Notes: generated from the letters alone by a model not told the origin. 64,000 nt of DNA from an uncultured Bacteroidota bacterium (GCA_902520385.1 CABYOB010000003.1:2845-66844); one strand, 5' to 3'; counted from the stretch's first letter, positions 10,875-21,070 are shown. A program made the numbers and translations.

Positions 10875-11942
10875 ATGAAGAAAGAAAAAAAGCGTACTAG
10901 TATTTCGAGTATAGGGGAGTTTGGGTTAATAGAAAGATTACAAAAAAAAATAATACAAAACAACCCCCAAACAATTCAGGGCATTGGAGATGACAGCGCT
11001 GTAATTAAATCACCAAAAGATCAAGAAATATTAATTAGCACAGATGTGTTGTTTGAAGGAATCCATTTTGATACTACATACATGTCTTTATCTCATATTG
11101 GATATAAGTCTGTTATTGTTAATTTGTCTGATTTATATGCTATGAACGCTATGCCATCTCAAATTACTATTAGTTTGGGCATTTCTAGTAAATATTGTGT
11201 TGAGGATATTGAGTCTTTATATGAAGGAATTAACAGGGCTGCCAAAAATTACAAGGTAAATGTTGTTGGGGGGGATATAAGCGGGTCTTATGCGGGCTTG
11301 GTGATTAATGTAACGGTGGTTGGTTTCCAGAAAAAAAATCAAATTCTTTATAGAAATGGTGCAAAAAAAGGAGATCTAATTGTAGTTTCAGGAGATCTTG
11401 GCTCTTCCTTTTTAGGATTAAAAATCTTGCAAAGAGAAAAAGAGGTGTTAACAGAACACAAGATCCCTAAATTAGCAATAAACGAAATAGAGCATAAGCT
11501 AGGTGAGTATAAGTATTTAATTCAAAGACAAGTTAAGCCTGAGGCTAAGCGAGAAGTTATTAACTATTTAAAAGAAAAAAATATTAAACCAACATCTATG
11601 ATTGATGTTTCAGATGGACTGTGTTCGGACTTAAATCACATTTCAAAAGCCTCTGGATTAGGATACAATATAATGGAGTCAAAAATACCTATTCATCAAC
11701 AAACTAAAAACGCATCACTTGATTTTAATATAGACCCTATTGCAGCAGCCCTGTATGGTGGGGAGGATTATGAATTACTATTTACAATTCCCCCTCAACA
11801 AAAAAAATTAATTAATCAAGCAGACGGATTGTCAATAATAGGTAAGTTAACGGATTTTAAATATAAACAAACAATTACAAAGCTACAAGGGGGGGTTGTG
11901 TCAATTAATAGTCAGGGCTGGGATCATTTTAAAAACACCTAA
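10875..11942 (+). CDS. thiL: thiamine-monophosphate kinase
   Basis: GIGDDSAVI...D.LFEGIHF, and an AIR-synthase-like fold with GGDISGS and GGEDYELLFT. Confidence 0.8.
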   Translation: MKKEKKRTSISSIGEFGLIERLQKKIIQNNPQTIQGIGDDSAVIKSPKDQEILISTDVLFEGIHFDTTYMSLSHIGYKSVIVNLSDLYAMNAMPSQITISLGISSKYCVEDIESLYEGINRAAKNYKVNVVGGDISGSYAGLVINVTVVGFQKKNQILYRNGAKKGDLIVVSGDLGSSFLGLKILQREKEVLTEHKIPKLAINEIEHKLGEYKYLIQRQVKPEAKREVINYLKEKNIKPTSMIDVSDGLCSDLNHISKASGLGYNIMESKIPIHQQTKNASLDFNIDPIAAALYGGEDYELLFTIPPQQKKLINQADGLSIIGKLTDFKYKQTITKLQGGVVSINSQGWDHFKNT

Positions 11943-13217
11943 TCATCCGTTCATAACCTCTTCTATTTCTTCGGGATCAATTAATATATTATCCATTAGG
12001 TCAATTACCGCATTGTCTGAAATAAGAATATCGTTTTCCAGTCGAACACCTAAGTTTTCTTCTGGTATATATATACCAGGTTCACAGGTTAGCACCATGC
12101 CCTTTTTCAAAGGAGAGTTGGCGTCGGAAACATCATGAACATCTAAGCCAAGGTGGTGTGAAGTACCGTGCATAAAATATTTTTTATAGGCAGGGATACT
12201 ACCCTGGCTTTTTATGTCTTTTATTGATATGAGATTTAGGTTCACAAGCTCTTCTTCTACCAAGCCGCCTACCTCTTTTTCATAATCATGTAAAAAAACA
12301 CCAGGGCCTAAAATTTGTTTAGCTCCTCGCATTATTTTTAACACAGAGCTGTAAACTTTTTTCTGCCTAGCTGTAAATTTGCCATTTACAGGAACGCACC
12401 TTGTCAAGTCAGAGGCATAATTATTGTATTCCGCCCCAAAATCCATAAGAACAACATCACCGTTTTTCAGATCTCTGCTGTTATCTGTATAGTGAAGAAT
12501 ACATGCGTTTTTTCCAGAAGCAATTATGGGCTCATAAGCAAACCCCCTGGATTGATTATTGATGAACTCATGAATTAATTCAGCCTGAATATTATATTCA
12601 TTTATGTTAGGTTTGATAAAATGTAAAATTCTATCAAAACCTCTTTTGGTAATCTCGCAAGCCCTCTTAATCATGTCAATTTCTTCGGGTTCTTTAATTG
12701 ATCTTATTTGATGCATTATTGGGGCGGATTTGTCAATTTTAATATTAGGGAAAAGGAATTTTAGTTTATTACCAAGCCTAACGTTTCTACTTTCTACTAT
12801 AACTTTTGCCCTTGGGTGTTCATTAGTGCTTAAGTACAAAGTATTAACCTCGGTCATCAAATCATTTAAAACACGATCATAATCATCAAGCCATAAAACA
12901 GTTTTTATTCCAGATTTTTTCTGTGCCTCTTTTATAGTTAGTTTATGCCCCTCCCAAACCTTAATAGTTTCGTTAGTTTTTTTTATGAATAAAATTTCTT
13001 TTAAAAATTGATCTTTCGCGTCAGGAAAAATAACTAAACAACTATCCTCTTGGTCAATGCCACTTAAATAAAACAAATCATTATTTTGTCTAAATGGCAT
13101 AAGCCCATCTGCATTGGTGGGCATTTGGTCGTTTGAATGAAAAATAGCCAAGCCACCAGGTTTAATTTTTTCAGAAAACTTCCGTCTATTTTTTTTAAAT
13201 AATTTGTCGTTTAGCAT
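11943..13217 (-). CDS. pepP: Xaa-Pro aminopeptidase (M24B)
   Basis: Metal ligand blocks DFGAEYNNYASDLTR, HGTSHHLGLDVHD and EPGIY...GVRLEND are present. Confidence 0.8.
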   Translation of the reverse strand: MLNDKLFKKNRRKFSEKIKPGGLAIFHSNDQMPTNADGLMPFRQNNDLFYLSGIDQEDSCLVIFPDAKDQFLKEILFIKKTNETIKVWEGHKLTIKEAQKKSGIKTVLWLDDYDRVLNDLMTEVNTLYLSTNEHPRAKVIVESRNVRLGNKLKFLFPNIKIDKSAPIMHQIRSIKEPEEIDMIKRACEITKRGFDRILHFIKPNINEYNIQAELIHEFINNQSRGFAYEPIIASGKNACILHYTDNSRDLKNGDVVLMDFGAEYNNYASDLTRCVPVNGKFTARQKKVYSSVLKIMRGAKQILGPGVFLHDYEKEVGGLVEEELVNLNLISIKDIKSQGSIPAYKKYFMHGTSHHLGLDVHDVSDANSPLKKGMVLTCEPGIYIPEENLGVRLENDILISDNAVIDLMDNILIDPEEIEEVMNG

Positions 13218-13302
13218 AGTCTATGTTTTTGTTTTTTAAAGATAAGTATTTATTAAATCAAATTACTAATTGAAAAATTGTTGTTTTATTACTATTCTGT
13301 GC

Positions 13303-13310
13303 TACTTTTG
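13303..13310 (+). promoter_or_regulatory. candidate -7 box (TACTTTTG) for sdhC
   Basis: Matches the Bacteroidetes TAnnTTTG consensus 22 nt upstream of ATG 13332, with a TTG about 19 nt further upstream. Confidence 0.4.
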
Positions 13311-13331
13311 TAAAGTAAATACGTACTAATT

Positions 13332-13997
13332 ATGTTTAACTCTTCAATTGGGAGAAAATTAATAATGGCACTTTCGGGTGTGTTTTTAATTGTTTTTTTA
13401 ACACAACATCTAGTGATAAACCTCACCTCGTTAATTCCAGACAACGGAAAGGTTTTTAATTTCATTTCTCATTTTATGGGTAACAACCCTGTGGTTCAAT
13501 TTATTTTGCAGCCCATCCTAATTTTAGGAGTCATGATTCATTTTATAATGGGGATGTACCTTGAGGTTTTAAATCGACGATCTCGACAAACTTCGTATGT
13601 TGTGTATTCTGGCAAGAGTGGTGCTAGCTGGGCGTCAAGAAACATGATAATTTCAGGTCTAGTTATTTTATCGTTTTTGATTATGCATTTTTATGATTTT
13701 TGGGTGCCTGAAATGGTATATAAATATGTAGAGTTTAACCCATTGGATGAAAATAGATATTTTCATGAATTACAAGAAAAATTTTATAAAGGAGGAGTTG
13801 TTAAGCTTTTTTTGTATTGCGTTTCATTTGTTTTATTGGGGCTTCATTTGTCACATGGGTTTTCGTCATCACTACAATCAATGGGGATTACAAGGGGGCC
13901 AATTAAAATAGCAACTAAATTTTTTGCAATTATAGTTCCAGCTGGATTTATAATAATCGCCTCTTTTCACTATTTTATAACCACAATAAATCACTAA
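13332..13997 (+). CDS. sdhC: succinate dehydrogenase/fumarate reductase cytochrome b subunit (Bacteroidetes type)
   Basis: 221-aa polytopic membrane protein with His-containing helices, directly upstream of sdhA and sdhB. Confidence 0.8.
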   Translation: MFNSSIGRKLIMALSGVFLIVFLTQHLVINLTSLIPDNGKVFNFISHFMGNNPVVQFILQPILILGVMIHFIMGMYLEVLNRRSRQTSYVVYSGKSGASWASRNMIISGLVILSFLIMHFYDFWVPEMVYKYVEFNPLDENRYFHELQEKFYKGGVVKLFLYCVSFVLLGLHLSHGFSSSLQSMGITRGPIKIATKFFAIIVPAGFIIIASFHYFITTINH

Positions 13998-14224
13998 AAG
14001 AGCTAAGGTAGACAAAAAAAGACATAAGTGGACATTAGTGGACAAAATAATGCGTATCTAATCAAATTTCACTATATTTGGCTTAAATATAGACAAATAT
14101 TTTATAACCACAATAAATCACTAAAAGAGATAAGGTAGACAAAAAAAGACATAAGTGGACATTAGTGGACAAAATAATGCGTATCTAATCAAATTTCACT
14201 ATATTTGGCTTAAATATAGACAAA
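13971..14224. repeat. 127-bp tandem direct duplication (2 units, 1 mismatch)
   Basis: Unit 13971-14097 is repeated at 14098-14224 with one C>A difference. Each unit contains the last 27 nt of sdhC including its stop, four GACA boxes at 10-bp spacing, and a TATATTTG box. Confidence 0.9.
14200..14207 (+). promoter_or_regulatory. candidate -7 box (TATATTTG) for the HTH-sdhA ORF; a duplicate copy lies at about 14073-14080
   Basis: Perfect TAnnTTTG 19 nt upstream of ATG 14226. It lies inside the duplicated unit, downstream of the GACA box array. Confidence 0.45.
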
Positions 14225-14225
14225 A

Positions 14226-16478
14226 ATGGACAATGGGTTAAAAATGTTTAGTATAAATGAGTTAGCTGAGTTTTTAAATGTATCAAAAAAAACTATAAGG
14301 CGCCATATTGCTTCAGGTAAAATAGAATCTACAAAAGTGGGAGGTGTTCATAGAATATCGATGAATTCTATTAATTCGTTTCTTAACATTAATAAAGATA
14401 TAGCACAAGTTGATGCAAACATTAATAAAGAGTTGCTAAGAAAAGCTTTAACTAATGACGCTCATAAAAAAAATTTATTTCCGTTTGAAAGTAGAGTTCC
14501 TGAGGGAAAAATGGAAGATAAGTGGAATAACCATAAGAGAAAAATAAATTTAGTAAGCCCCGCAAACAAAAGGTTAATCGATGTAATAGTTGTTGGAACT
14601 GGCTTGGCGGGAGCCTCCGCCTCAGCAACATTGGCCGAGTTGGGGTATAATGTTAAATCTTTTTGTTTTCAAGATTCCTCCAGAAGAGCTCATTCAATTG
14701 CGGCACAAGGAGGTATAAACGCTGCTAAAAATTATCAAGGAGATGGCGATTCAGTATATAGACTTTTTTATGATACTGTTAAGGGTGGAGATTATAGATC
14801 TAGAGAGGCGAATGTTCATCGATTAGCAGAGGTTTCGACCAACATTATTGACCAGTGCGTTGCTCAAGGTGTTCCGTTTGCTAGAGATTATGGTGGGTTA
14901 TTGGATAATAGGTCATTTGGTGGCGTGTTAGTTTCGCGTACTTTTTATGCCAAAGGACAAACAGGTCAACAGTTATTGCTTGGTGCTTATTCAGCCATGA
15001 ACAGACAAGTTAATAGAGGTAAAATAAAAATGTATGCTCGCCATGAAATGTTAGAACTTGTGATAGTTGGTGGTAAGGCCAGGGGAATAATTGCTCGTAA
15101 TCTAATAACGGGTAAGTTGGAAAGGCATTCAGCTCATGCTGTTGTAATTGCTAGTGGGGGCTATGGTAATGTTTTTTTCTTATCTACAAATGCTATGGGT
15201 AGTAATGTTACAGCGGCATGGAAAATACACAAGAAAGGAGCGTATTTTGCTAATCCATGTTTTACTCAAATACACCCAACGTGTATTCCGGTTTCCGGAG
15301 AAAATCAATCTAAATTAACTTTAATGTCAGAATCATTGAGAAATGATGGGAGAATTTGGGTTCCAAAGAAAAAAGAAGATGTAAAGAAAATATTAGAAAA
15401 AAAACTAAAACCAACAGATATTGACGAGTCTGATAGAGACTATTATCTTGAAAGAAGGTATCCAGCATTTGGAAACCTTGTTCCTCGTGATGTTGCATCA
15501 AGAGCAGCTAAAGAAAGGTGTGATGCTGGCTACGGCGTAAATAAAACAGGAGAGGCTGTGTACTTAGATTTTCAGTCTGCTATTTTAAGATATGGTAAAG
15601 AACAGGCGTATTCTAAGGGTTTGGATGTAAAAAATAATAGCCTTGTAGAAAAATTAGGTAAAGAAATAATCAAACAAAAATATGGCAATTTATTTGAAAT
15701 GTATGAAAAAATAACGGATGAAAACCCATATGAAACACCCATGATGATATATCCAGCTGTTCATTACACTATGGGGGGAGTTTGGGTTGATTATAATTTA
15801 ATGACTACAGTTCCAGGTTGTTATGCAATCGGAGAAGCTAATTTTTCGGATCATGGAGCTAATAGATTAGGTGCCTCTGCTTTAATGCAAGGGTTGGCAG
15901 ATGGATACTTTGTTCTTCCTTATACAATTGGAGATTATTTGTCGTCTGATATAAGAACTGGAAAAATAAGTATTGATACAAAAGAGTTTGAAATAGCGGA
16001 AAAAGAAGCATTAAGAAAGTTGTCTTTTTTTATTGATAATAAGGGCTCAAAACCAGTTGACTATTTTCATAAAAAGTTAGGCAGAATAATGTGGGATAAG
16101 TGCGGGATGTCTAGAAACAAATTGGAGTTAAAAGATGCAATTTTAGAAATAAAAAAATTAAAAAAAGATTTTTATAAAAATGTTTTTGTGCCAGGTGAAT
16201 TGTACGATTATAACGAAGAGCTAGCAAAAGCAGGCAGGGTTGCGGACTTTATTGAATTAGGAGAGCTTTTTGCACGTGATGCTTTAGAAAGAGAGGAGTC
16301 TTGTGGTGGCCATTTTAGAGAAGAACATCAAACTAAAGAAGGGGAAGCTCTGCGTGATGATGAGAATTTTAATTTTGTTTCTGCGTGGGAATTTAAAGGC
16401 AGTGAGTCTAATCCTATGCTACATAAGGAAAAGTTAATATTCGACTCTGTTGAATTAAAATCAAGAAGTTATAAATAG
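14226..16478 (+). CDS. sdhA: succinate dehydrogenase/fumarate reductase flavoprotein subunit with an in-frame N-terminal excisionase-family HTH extension
   Basis: The SdhA core runs from [16 protein letters not shown]...[11 protein letters not shown] (FAD motif) to the C-terminus. Residues 7-54 ([47 protein letters not shown]) match the excisionase/MerR-like HTH pattern. No stop codon separates the two parts. An alternative start is ATG 14511. Confidence 0.85.
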   Translation: MDNGLKMFSINELAEFLNVSKKTIRRHIASGKIESTKVGGVHRISMNSINSFLNINKDIAQVDANINKELLRKALTNDAHKKNLFPFESRVPEGKMEDKWNNHKRKINLVSPANKRLIDVIVVGTGLAGASASATLAELGYNVKSFCFQDSSRRAHSIAAQGGINAAKNYQGDGDSVYRLFYDTVKGGDYRSREANVHRLAEVSTNIIDQCVAQGVPFARDYGGLLDNRSFGGVLVSRTFYAKGQTGQQLLLGAYSAMNRQVNRGKIKMYARHEMLELVIVGGKARGIIARNLITGKLERHSAHAVVIASGGYGNVFFLSTNAMGSNVTAAWKIHKKGAYFANPCFTQIHPTCIPVSGENQSKLTLMSESLRNDGRIWVPKKKEDVKKILEKKLKPTDIDESDRDYYLERRYPAFGNLVPRDVASRAAKERCDAGYGVNKTGEAVYLDFQSAILRYGKEQAYSKGLDVKNNSLVEKLGKEIIKQKYGNLFEMYEKITDENPYETPMMIYPAVHYTMGGVWVDYNLMTTVPGCYAIGEANFSDHGANRLGASALMQGLADGYFVLPYTIGDYLSSDIRTGKISIDTKEFEIAEKEALRKLSFFIDNKGSKPVDYFHKKLGRIMWDKCGMSRNKLELKDAILEIKKLKKDFYKNVFVPGELYDYNEELAKAGRVADFIELGELFARDALEREESCGGHFREEHQTKEGEALRDDENFNFVSAWEFKGSESNPMLHKEKLIFDSVELKSRSYK

Positions 16479-16487
16479 CAAAAAGAT

Positions 16488-17234
16488 ATGAAACTTAATT
16501 TAAAAATATGGAGACAAAAAAACAAGGATTCTAAAGGAAAAGTTCATGATTATGAACTTGATGGTGTTGAGGAGGACATGTCTTTTTTAGAGATGTTAGA
16601 TTTTTTAAACAACAAGCTTTTAAATGAAGGGCAGGAGCCTGTTGCCTTTGATCATGATTGTAGAGAAGGGATATGTGGATCGTGTTCTTTATTTATTAAT
16701 GGTGTTGCACATGGTCCGGAAAGGGGCACCACGACATGCCAATTACATATGAGAAAGTTCAAAGATGGAGAAACGGTATATGTTGAGCCATTTAGAGCAA
16801 AGGCTTTTCCTGTAATTAAGGACTTAATTGTAGATAGGTCTTCATTTGACAGAATACAACAAGCTGGTGCGTATATTTCAGTAAACACATCTGGAAACAC
16901 ACAAGACGCTAACACAATACCAATACCCAAACATAATGCGGACGAGGCTTTTAATGCCGCTACTTGTATTGGTTGTGGGGCCTGTGTGGCCTCATGTAAA
17001 AATTCCTCAGCGATGCTTTTTACATCAGCTAAAGTTTCGCAATTTTCTTTGCTTCCTCAGGGACAGGTAGAAAGAGAAAGTAGGGTTTTAAATATGGTAA
17101 ATCAAATGGACCTAGAGGGTTTTGGTGCGTGTACCAATACAGGGGCATGTGAGGCTCAGTGCCCTAAGGGCATTTCTGTAAAAAATATTGCCAGAATGAA
17201 CAGAGAATACTTATTAGCAAGCGTTAAAAAATAA
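16488..17234 (+). CDS. sdhB: succinate dehydrogenase/fumarate reductase iron-sulfur subunit
   Basis: Cys clusters [20 protein letters not shown] and [12 protein letters not shown] are present. Confidence 0.9.
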   Translation: MKLNLKIWRQKNKDSKGKVHDYELDGVEEDMSFLEMLDFLNNKLLNEGQEPVAFDHDCREGICGSCSLFINGVAHGPERGTTTCQLHMRKFKDGETVYVEPFRAKAFPVIKDLIVDRSSFDRIQQAGAYISVNTSGNTQDANTIPIPKHNADEAFNAATCIGCGACVASCKNSSAMLFTSAKVSQFSLLPQGQVERESRVLNMVNQMDLEGFGACTNTGACEAQCPKGISVKNIARMNREYLLASVKK

Positions 17235-17256
17235 ATACATATAGTTTTTTATATAT

Positions 17257-18321
17257 TTATTCTAATATTACATCGATTTCCCAGTCTTTTTTTACATTAA
17301 AGCTTTCTTCAAAGAATTTTAATGGCTCAGGGGGGTATAGTTGCTTTATATTACCTGCGTCCCACAAATTGTTTTGATTTATATCTTTAAATAACCTTAA
17401 AGTATATTCCCCAACGTTAATATTGTTGATTTTTTTAATTTTTGAGTTTATATTAAAACATATTAGTGTTGTATCTCCCGATAAAATCTCTCCAATATAT
17501 TCTCCTGTTTCGTAAAATTCTTGGTTAAAATGTAGATTTACAATACCCGTGGGCTCTTTTTTGTTTTCCATGTTAAAGCAATCTAATGTGTCTAGTTTGA
17601 ATTGATTTTTTTCAATAAATAAAGATAGATTAAAGTTGTGGGAAGTATCAATTTTAATTTTTGAAGGCATTGATACAGATTCAGGTTTCTCATATCGTTT
17701 GCTTAAATTTAGATCTCTAAAGCTATATAAAATATAATCGCCTGCTTTTAGATTGGAAAAGGAGTACCTCCCATCATCATCACTAAAAGTATAATAATAA
17801 GGATTGGTTGATGTGATCAAAGAGTCATAGTGTTCAAGTGCGCTACTTTTAAAAAGACCAACAATCGCATTTTTAATTTTAGTATTTGATTTTAAGTCAT
17901 AAACAAAACCACTTAAAGCACAAGAATCAATGTCATTGCCCGTTGAAAACACATATTGGTAATCTTTTAATGGATTTGATTCATTAAGGTCAACAATTGA
18001 ATTGTTAAAATCAATTATATAAGTAGTGTTATTTTTTAGTTCAGAGTCTAATTTAATAAAGATAGACTTGCCTTTTGTACTAATGTTGGGATTGGGTTTG
18101 ATCTCGGGAAAAAAATTAATTTGTGACCTGTCGTTAATTCTCACGTATTCGTCAAAAGTTATTCTGACTTCAGGGCTTTTAAAATTAATCGATGCGTTTT
18201 TTGGAAAAACACTTAATATTACTGGTGGCGTAAAGTCCTTCTCTCCCCCGCTAGGCGAAATCACCGTCGCGCAAGAGATGCAGAAAAAAGACAAACATAT
18301 ATAAAAAACTATATATAACAT
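17257..18321 (-). CDS. lipoprotein with Ig-like and carboxypeptidase-regulatory-like domains
   Basis: Lipobox FFCISC. DDDGRYSFSNLKAGDYILY resembles a CarboxypepD_reg-type beta-sandwich. Confidence 0.45.
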   Translation of the reverse strand: MLYIVFYICLSFFCISCATVISPSGGEKDFTPPVILSVFPKNASINFKSPEVRITFDEYVRINDRSQINFFPEIKPNPNISTKGKSIFIKLDSELKNNTTYIIDFNNSIVDLNESNPLKDYQYVFSTGNDIDSCALSGFVYDLKSNTKIKNAIVGLFKSSALEHYDSLITSTNPYYYTFSDDDGRYSFSNLKAGDYILYSFRDLNLSKRYEKPESVSMPSKIKIDTSHNFNLSLFIEKNQFKLDTLDCFNMENKKEPTGIVNLHFNQEFYETGEYIGEILSGDTTLICFNINSKIKKINNINVGEYTLRLFKDINQNNLWDAGNIKQLYPPEPLKFFEESFNVKKDWEIDVILE

Positions 18322-18323
18322 AT

Positions 18324-20417
18324 TTAAATCATGATTAAGTCTAACTCGCCTCTTTGTAAATTAATTTTTGAAATCTTAACATTAAGTTCGTCACCTAAAG
18401 ATAAGGCCTGTCCGTCAATTTTATTAATCATTAAGTTTCTATTTTGACAAAAATAAAAATTACCTAGGGACTTAAGGGATGATATAGAGATCATTCCTTC
18501 ACATAGATGATCATGCAATTCAGCATAAATGCCCCACTCTTTTATTGATGTAATTGTAGCTTTTTTGATTTGCCCAACCTCATCTTTCACTAGCCACAAT
18601 AGTATAAATTTCAAATATTCTCTTTCCGCCTTAATAGCAAATCTTTCTTTTTTTGATGCATTAACACAGATTGTTTCTAAATCTTCTCCTGCTTTATGTT
18701 GATTTAAAATAACATCATTTAATATTCTGTGCACAAGTACGTCAGGGTACCTTCTAATAGGAGAGGTAAAGTGGCTGTATTTTTCAAATCCTAACCCAAA
18801 GTGACCAATATTTTTTGTAGTGTATTGCGCTTTTGCCATGGAGTTGAGAACTAGTTGATTGATTAGGTGTTTGTTTTCAGTTTCATTAACTTTTATCAAC
18901 AACTCATTAATTGTTTGAGCTGTTTTTTTGTGACTAGGATTAAAGTTGACATTAATTGTTTTAAGAAAAGAGCTAAGTGAATTCAATTTTTCTAAGTCAG
19001 GCTGATCGTGTACTCTATACACCCCCCCTGTCTTTTTGGTAAAGTACTCACAAACAAATTGATTTGCCAAAAGCATAAACTCTTCAACTAGTTTGTTTGT
19101 TGAAATTGTGTTTTTAAAGTATGGTTTTATTGGTTTTTCATTTTCAAACTTTATACGAATTTCTTTTTTTTCTAAAATTACCGAGCCCATTTGTATTCTT
19201 TTTTTTCTTAATTTTTTTGCTATGTTGTCAAGGGTAGATAACTCCCCATAGAATGAACCGCGCTTATTATCTAGAGTGTTTTGCGCCTCCTCATATGTGA
19301 ATCTTTTTTTTGATTTAATAATTGTTTTTCCAATCCAATTTGAAATTACCTCACCACGATTATTTATATTAAAAACAATTGAAAAGCACAGCTTGTCTTC
19401 AAGGGGCCTAAGTGAACAAAGTTTATTAGCTAGTTTTTCAGGTAGCATGGGAACAACTTTGTTAGCCAAATAAACAGAACATCCCCGCTCCATTGCTTCT
19501 TTGTTAATTGATGTATTTGTTTTAACATAATGACTTACATCTGCAATATGAATTCCTAATTCAAATATGTTTTTGTTTATTTTTTTTAATGAAATAGCAT
19601 CGTCAAAATCTTTCGCGTCCTCTGGGTCAATAGTAAAACAAACATGTTCTCTAAAATCTTTACGGTTTTTTATATCATTTTCGGTAATTTCAGAATTTAA
19701 ATTTGTTACATAATTCAGTGTTTCTTTACTAAAATGACGCTTAATATTATGTTTTCTTATTATAGACTCAACCTCAGCTTCAAAGTTGCCACTAACCCCT
19801 AACAATTCCGTAATTTCTCCAAAGGGACATTTGGCTTCTTTTGGCCACTCAAGCAACCTAACAATAACCCGGTCATTGTGGTTGGCATTAAGATTTTTGT
19901 CATCGGGAATATAAAAGTCGGTTTTTATGTTTTTATCAATAGGTAAAACAAATCCAGTGTTGTTTTTTTTACTATAAGTTCCTACAAAAAACTCTTTAAA
20001 TCTTTTAGTAACAAAGTCAACCTTACCAATTATTTTGCCCTTTTTATTTTTCATTATTTTAATTAACACATAGTCATTAATGAATGCGTCTTTTAAATTT
20101 TGCTTTGGGATAAGAATTAAATTCCCGGTTTTTTCACACCTACAATAAACTTTTTTGTTTTCTCCAAATTCTAGATTACCACTTGTTTTATTTCTAAAAT
20201 CAGATTTCTTACAATAAAATTTATAATCCCCGTCAATAAGTATTTTTTTTTGCTTAACTAAATCGTAAAGAATTTCTAGTAGCTGACTATTTTTTCTTAG
20301 ATTTTCGGTTAATTTTTTCTGAATTTGCTTATGATTTAGGGGCTTACCAGATTCGATTAAAACACGGAATATTTCAGATTTTAATTTTTTAATTTTTTTA
20401 TCCTTGTACTTCTTCAT
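18324..20417 (-). CDS. rnr: ribonuclease R
   Basis: 697 aa. RNB domain blocks are FTIDPEDAKDFDDAIS and HFGLGFEKYSHFTSPIRRYPD. A C-terminal S1-like domain is present. Confidence 0.9.
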   Translation of the reverse strand: MKKYKDKKIKKLKSEIFRVLIESGKPLNHKQIQKKLTENLRKNSQLLEILYDLVKQKKILIDGDYKFYCKKSDFRNKTSGNLEFGENKKVYCRCEKTGNLILIPKQNLKDAFINDYVLIKIMKNKKGKIIGKVDFVTKRFKEFFVGTYSKKNNTGFVLPIDKNIKTDFYIPDDKNLNANHNDRVIVRLLEWPKEAKCPFGEITELLGVSGNFEAEVESIIRKHNIKRHFSKETLNYVTNLNSEITENDIKNRKDFREHVCFTIDPEDAKDFDDAISLKKINKNIFELGIHIADVSHYVKTNTSINKEAMERGCSVYLANKVVPMLPEKLANKLCSLRPLEDKLCFSIVFNINNRGEVISNWIGKTIIKSKKRFTYEEAQNTLDNKRGSFYGELSTLDNIAKKLRKKRIQMGSVILEKKEIRIKFENEKPIKPYFKNTISTNKLVEEFMLLANQFVCEYFTKKTGGVYRVHDQPDLEKLNSLSSFLKTINVNFNPSHKKTAQTINELLIKVNETENKHLINQLVLNSMAKAQYTTKNIGHFGLGFEKYSHFTSPIRRYPDVLVHRILNDVILNQHKAGEDLETICVNASKKERFAIKAEREYLKFILLWLVKDEVGQIKKATITSIKEWGIYAELHDHLCEGMISISSLKSLGNFYFCQNRNLMINKIDGQALSLGDELNVKISKINLQRGELDLIMI

Positions 20418-20461
20418 AACGATATTTAAACAATATAGTTAAATTTGTGCTATTAATTAAT

Positions 20462-20533
20462 GCTGACGTAGCTCAGGGGCAGAGCGCTTCCTTGGTAAGG
20501 AAGAGGTCGGGAGTTCAAATCTCCTCGTTAGCT
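20462..20533 (+). tRNA. tRNA-Thr (anticodon GGT)
   Basis: Hand-folded cloverleaf. Acceptor is GCTGACG/CGTTAGC and the D arm is GCTC-AGGGGCA-GAGC. The anticodon arm is CTTCC-TTGGTAA-GGAAG and the T arm is GGGAG-TTCAAAT-CTCCT. Confidence 0.9.
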
Positions 20534-20547
20534 CAAAAAACATATAA

Positions 20548-21057
20548 ATGAAACACACATACTTAATAATATTGTTTTTTTTAATTTTTTCATGTGATAA
20601 AAATCTTGAACCTGACCCTCATAATAATGAGTTTTTAATTGAGGTTCGTGTTTTTTTATCCGAGTCGTGTCCGGTTGCGCAGTATATGACATTGCCACTG
20701 AAAAACTCTTATAATCAATTTGCTTCTGACTCAGTAGCGTTTACTGCATATTTCCCAAATTTATTATCAACTCAAGAGTCTATTTATAATTTTACACAAA
20801 AATACTCTATTCCGTTTAGTTGTATAGATGATAATACAGGAGAAATGGTATCTTTGCTAGGAGCAACTGTTTATTCAGAGGTTTTTATAATATTTAACGG
20901 TGAATTAGTTTATAAAGGAATGATCGATGATAGTTACACTAGTCTTGGGCAGTGGAGTCCCGCAGAGAATAACTATCTTTATAATGTATTAGAACAACTT
21001 CTTGAAGGAAATAATGTAGAATACTTTGAAACAGAAGCTGTTGGTTGCTTGATTTAA
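20548..21057 (+). CDS. thioredoxin-fold-like lipoprotein, function unknown
   Basis: Lipobox IFSC. The single SCP motif and the layout resemble a redoxin fold. The call is tentative. Confidence 0.4.
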   Translation: MKHTYLIILFFLIFSCDKNLEPDPHNNEFLIEVRVFLSESCPVAQYMTLPLKNSYNQFASDSVAFTAYFPNLLSTQESIYNFTQKYSIPFSCIDDNTGEMVSLLGATVYSEVFIIFNGELVYKGMIDDSYTSLGQWSPAENNYLYNVLEQLLEGNNVEYFETEAVGCLI

Positions 21058-21070
21058 CAACAAAACACAT

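Noticed and set aside
14005-14235. The GTGGACA boxes resemble relaxed DnaA boxes (TGTGGATAA), which could suggest oriC or a DnaA-titration site.
   Set aside because: Only 7 of 9 positions match and all boxes point the same way. There is no AT-rich unwinding element or dnaA/dnaN context, and the location is inside the sdh operon. An operator for the adjacent HTH is the simpler reading.
17235-17256. AT-only dyad (AATACATATA-N8-TATATTTATT) between convergent sdhB and the Ig-like lipoprotein gene as a terminator.
   Set aside because: The stem is entirely A-T and imperfect, too weak to call with confidence.
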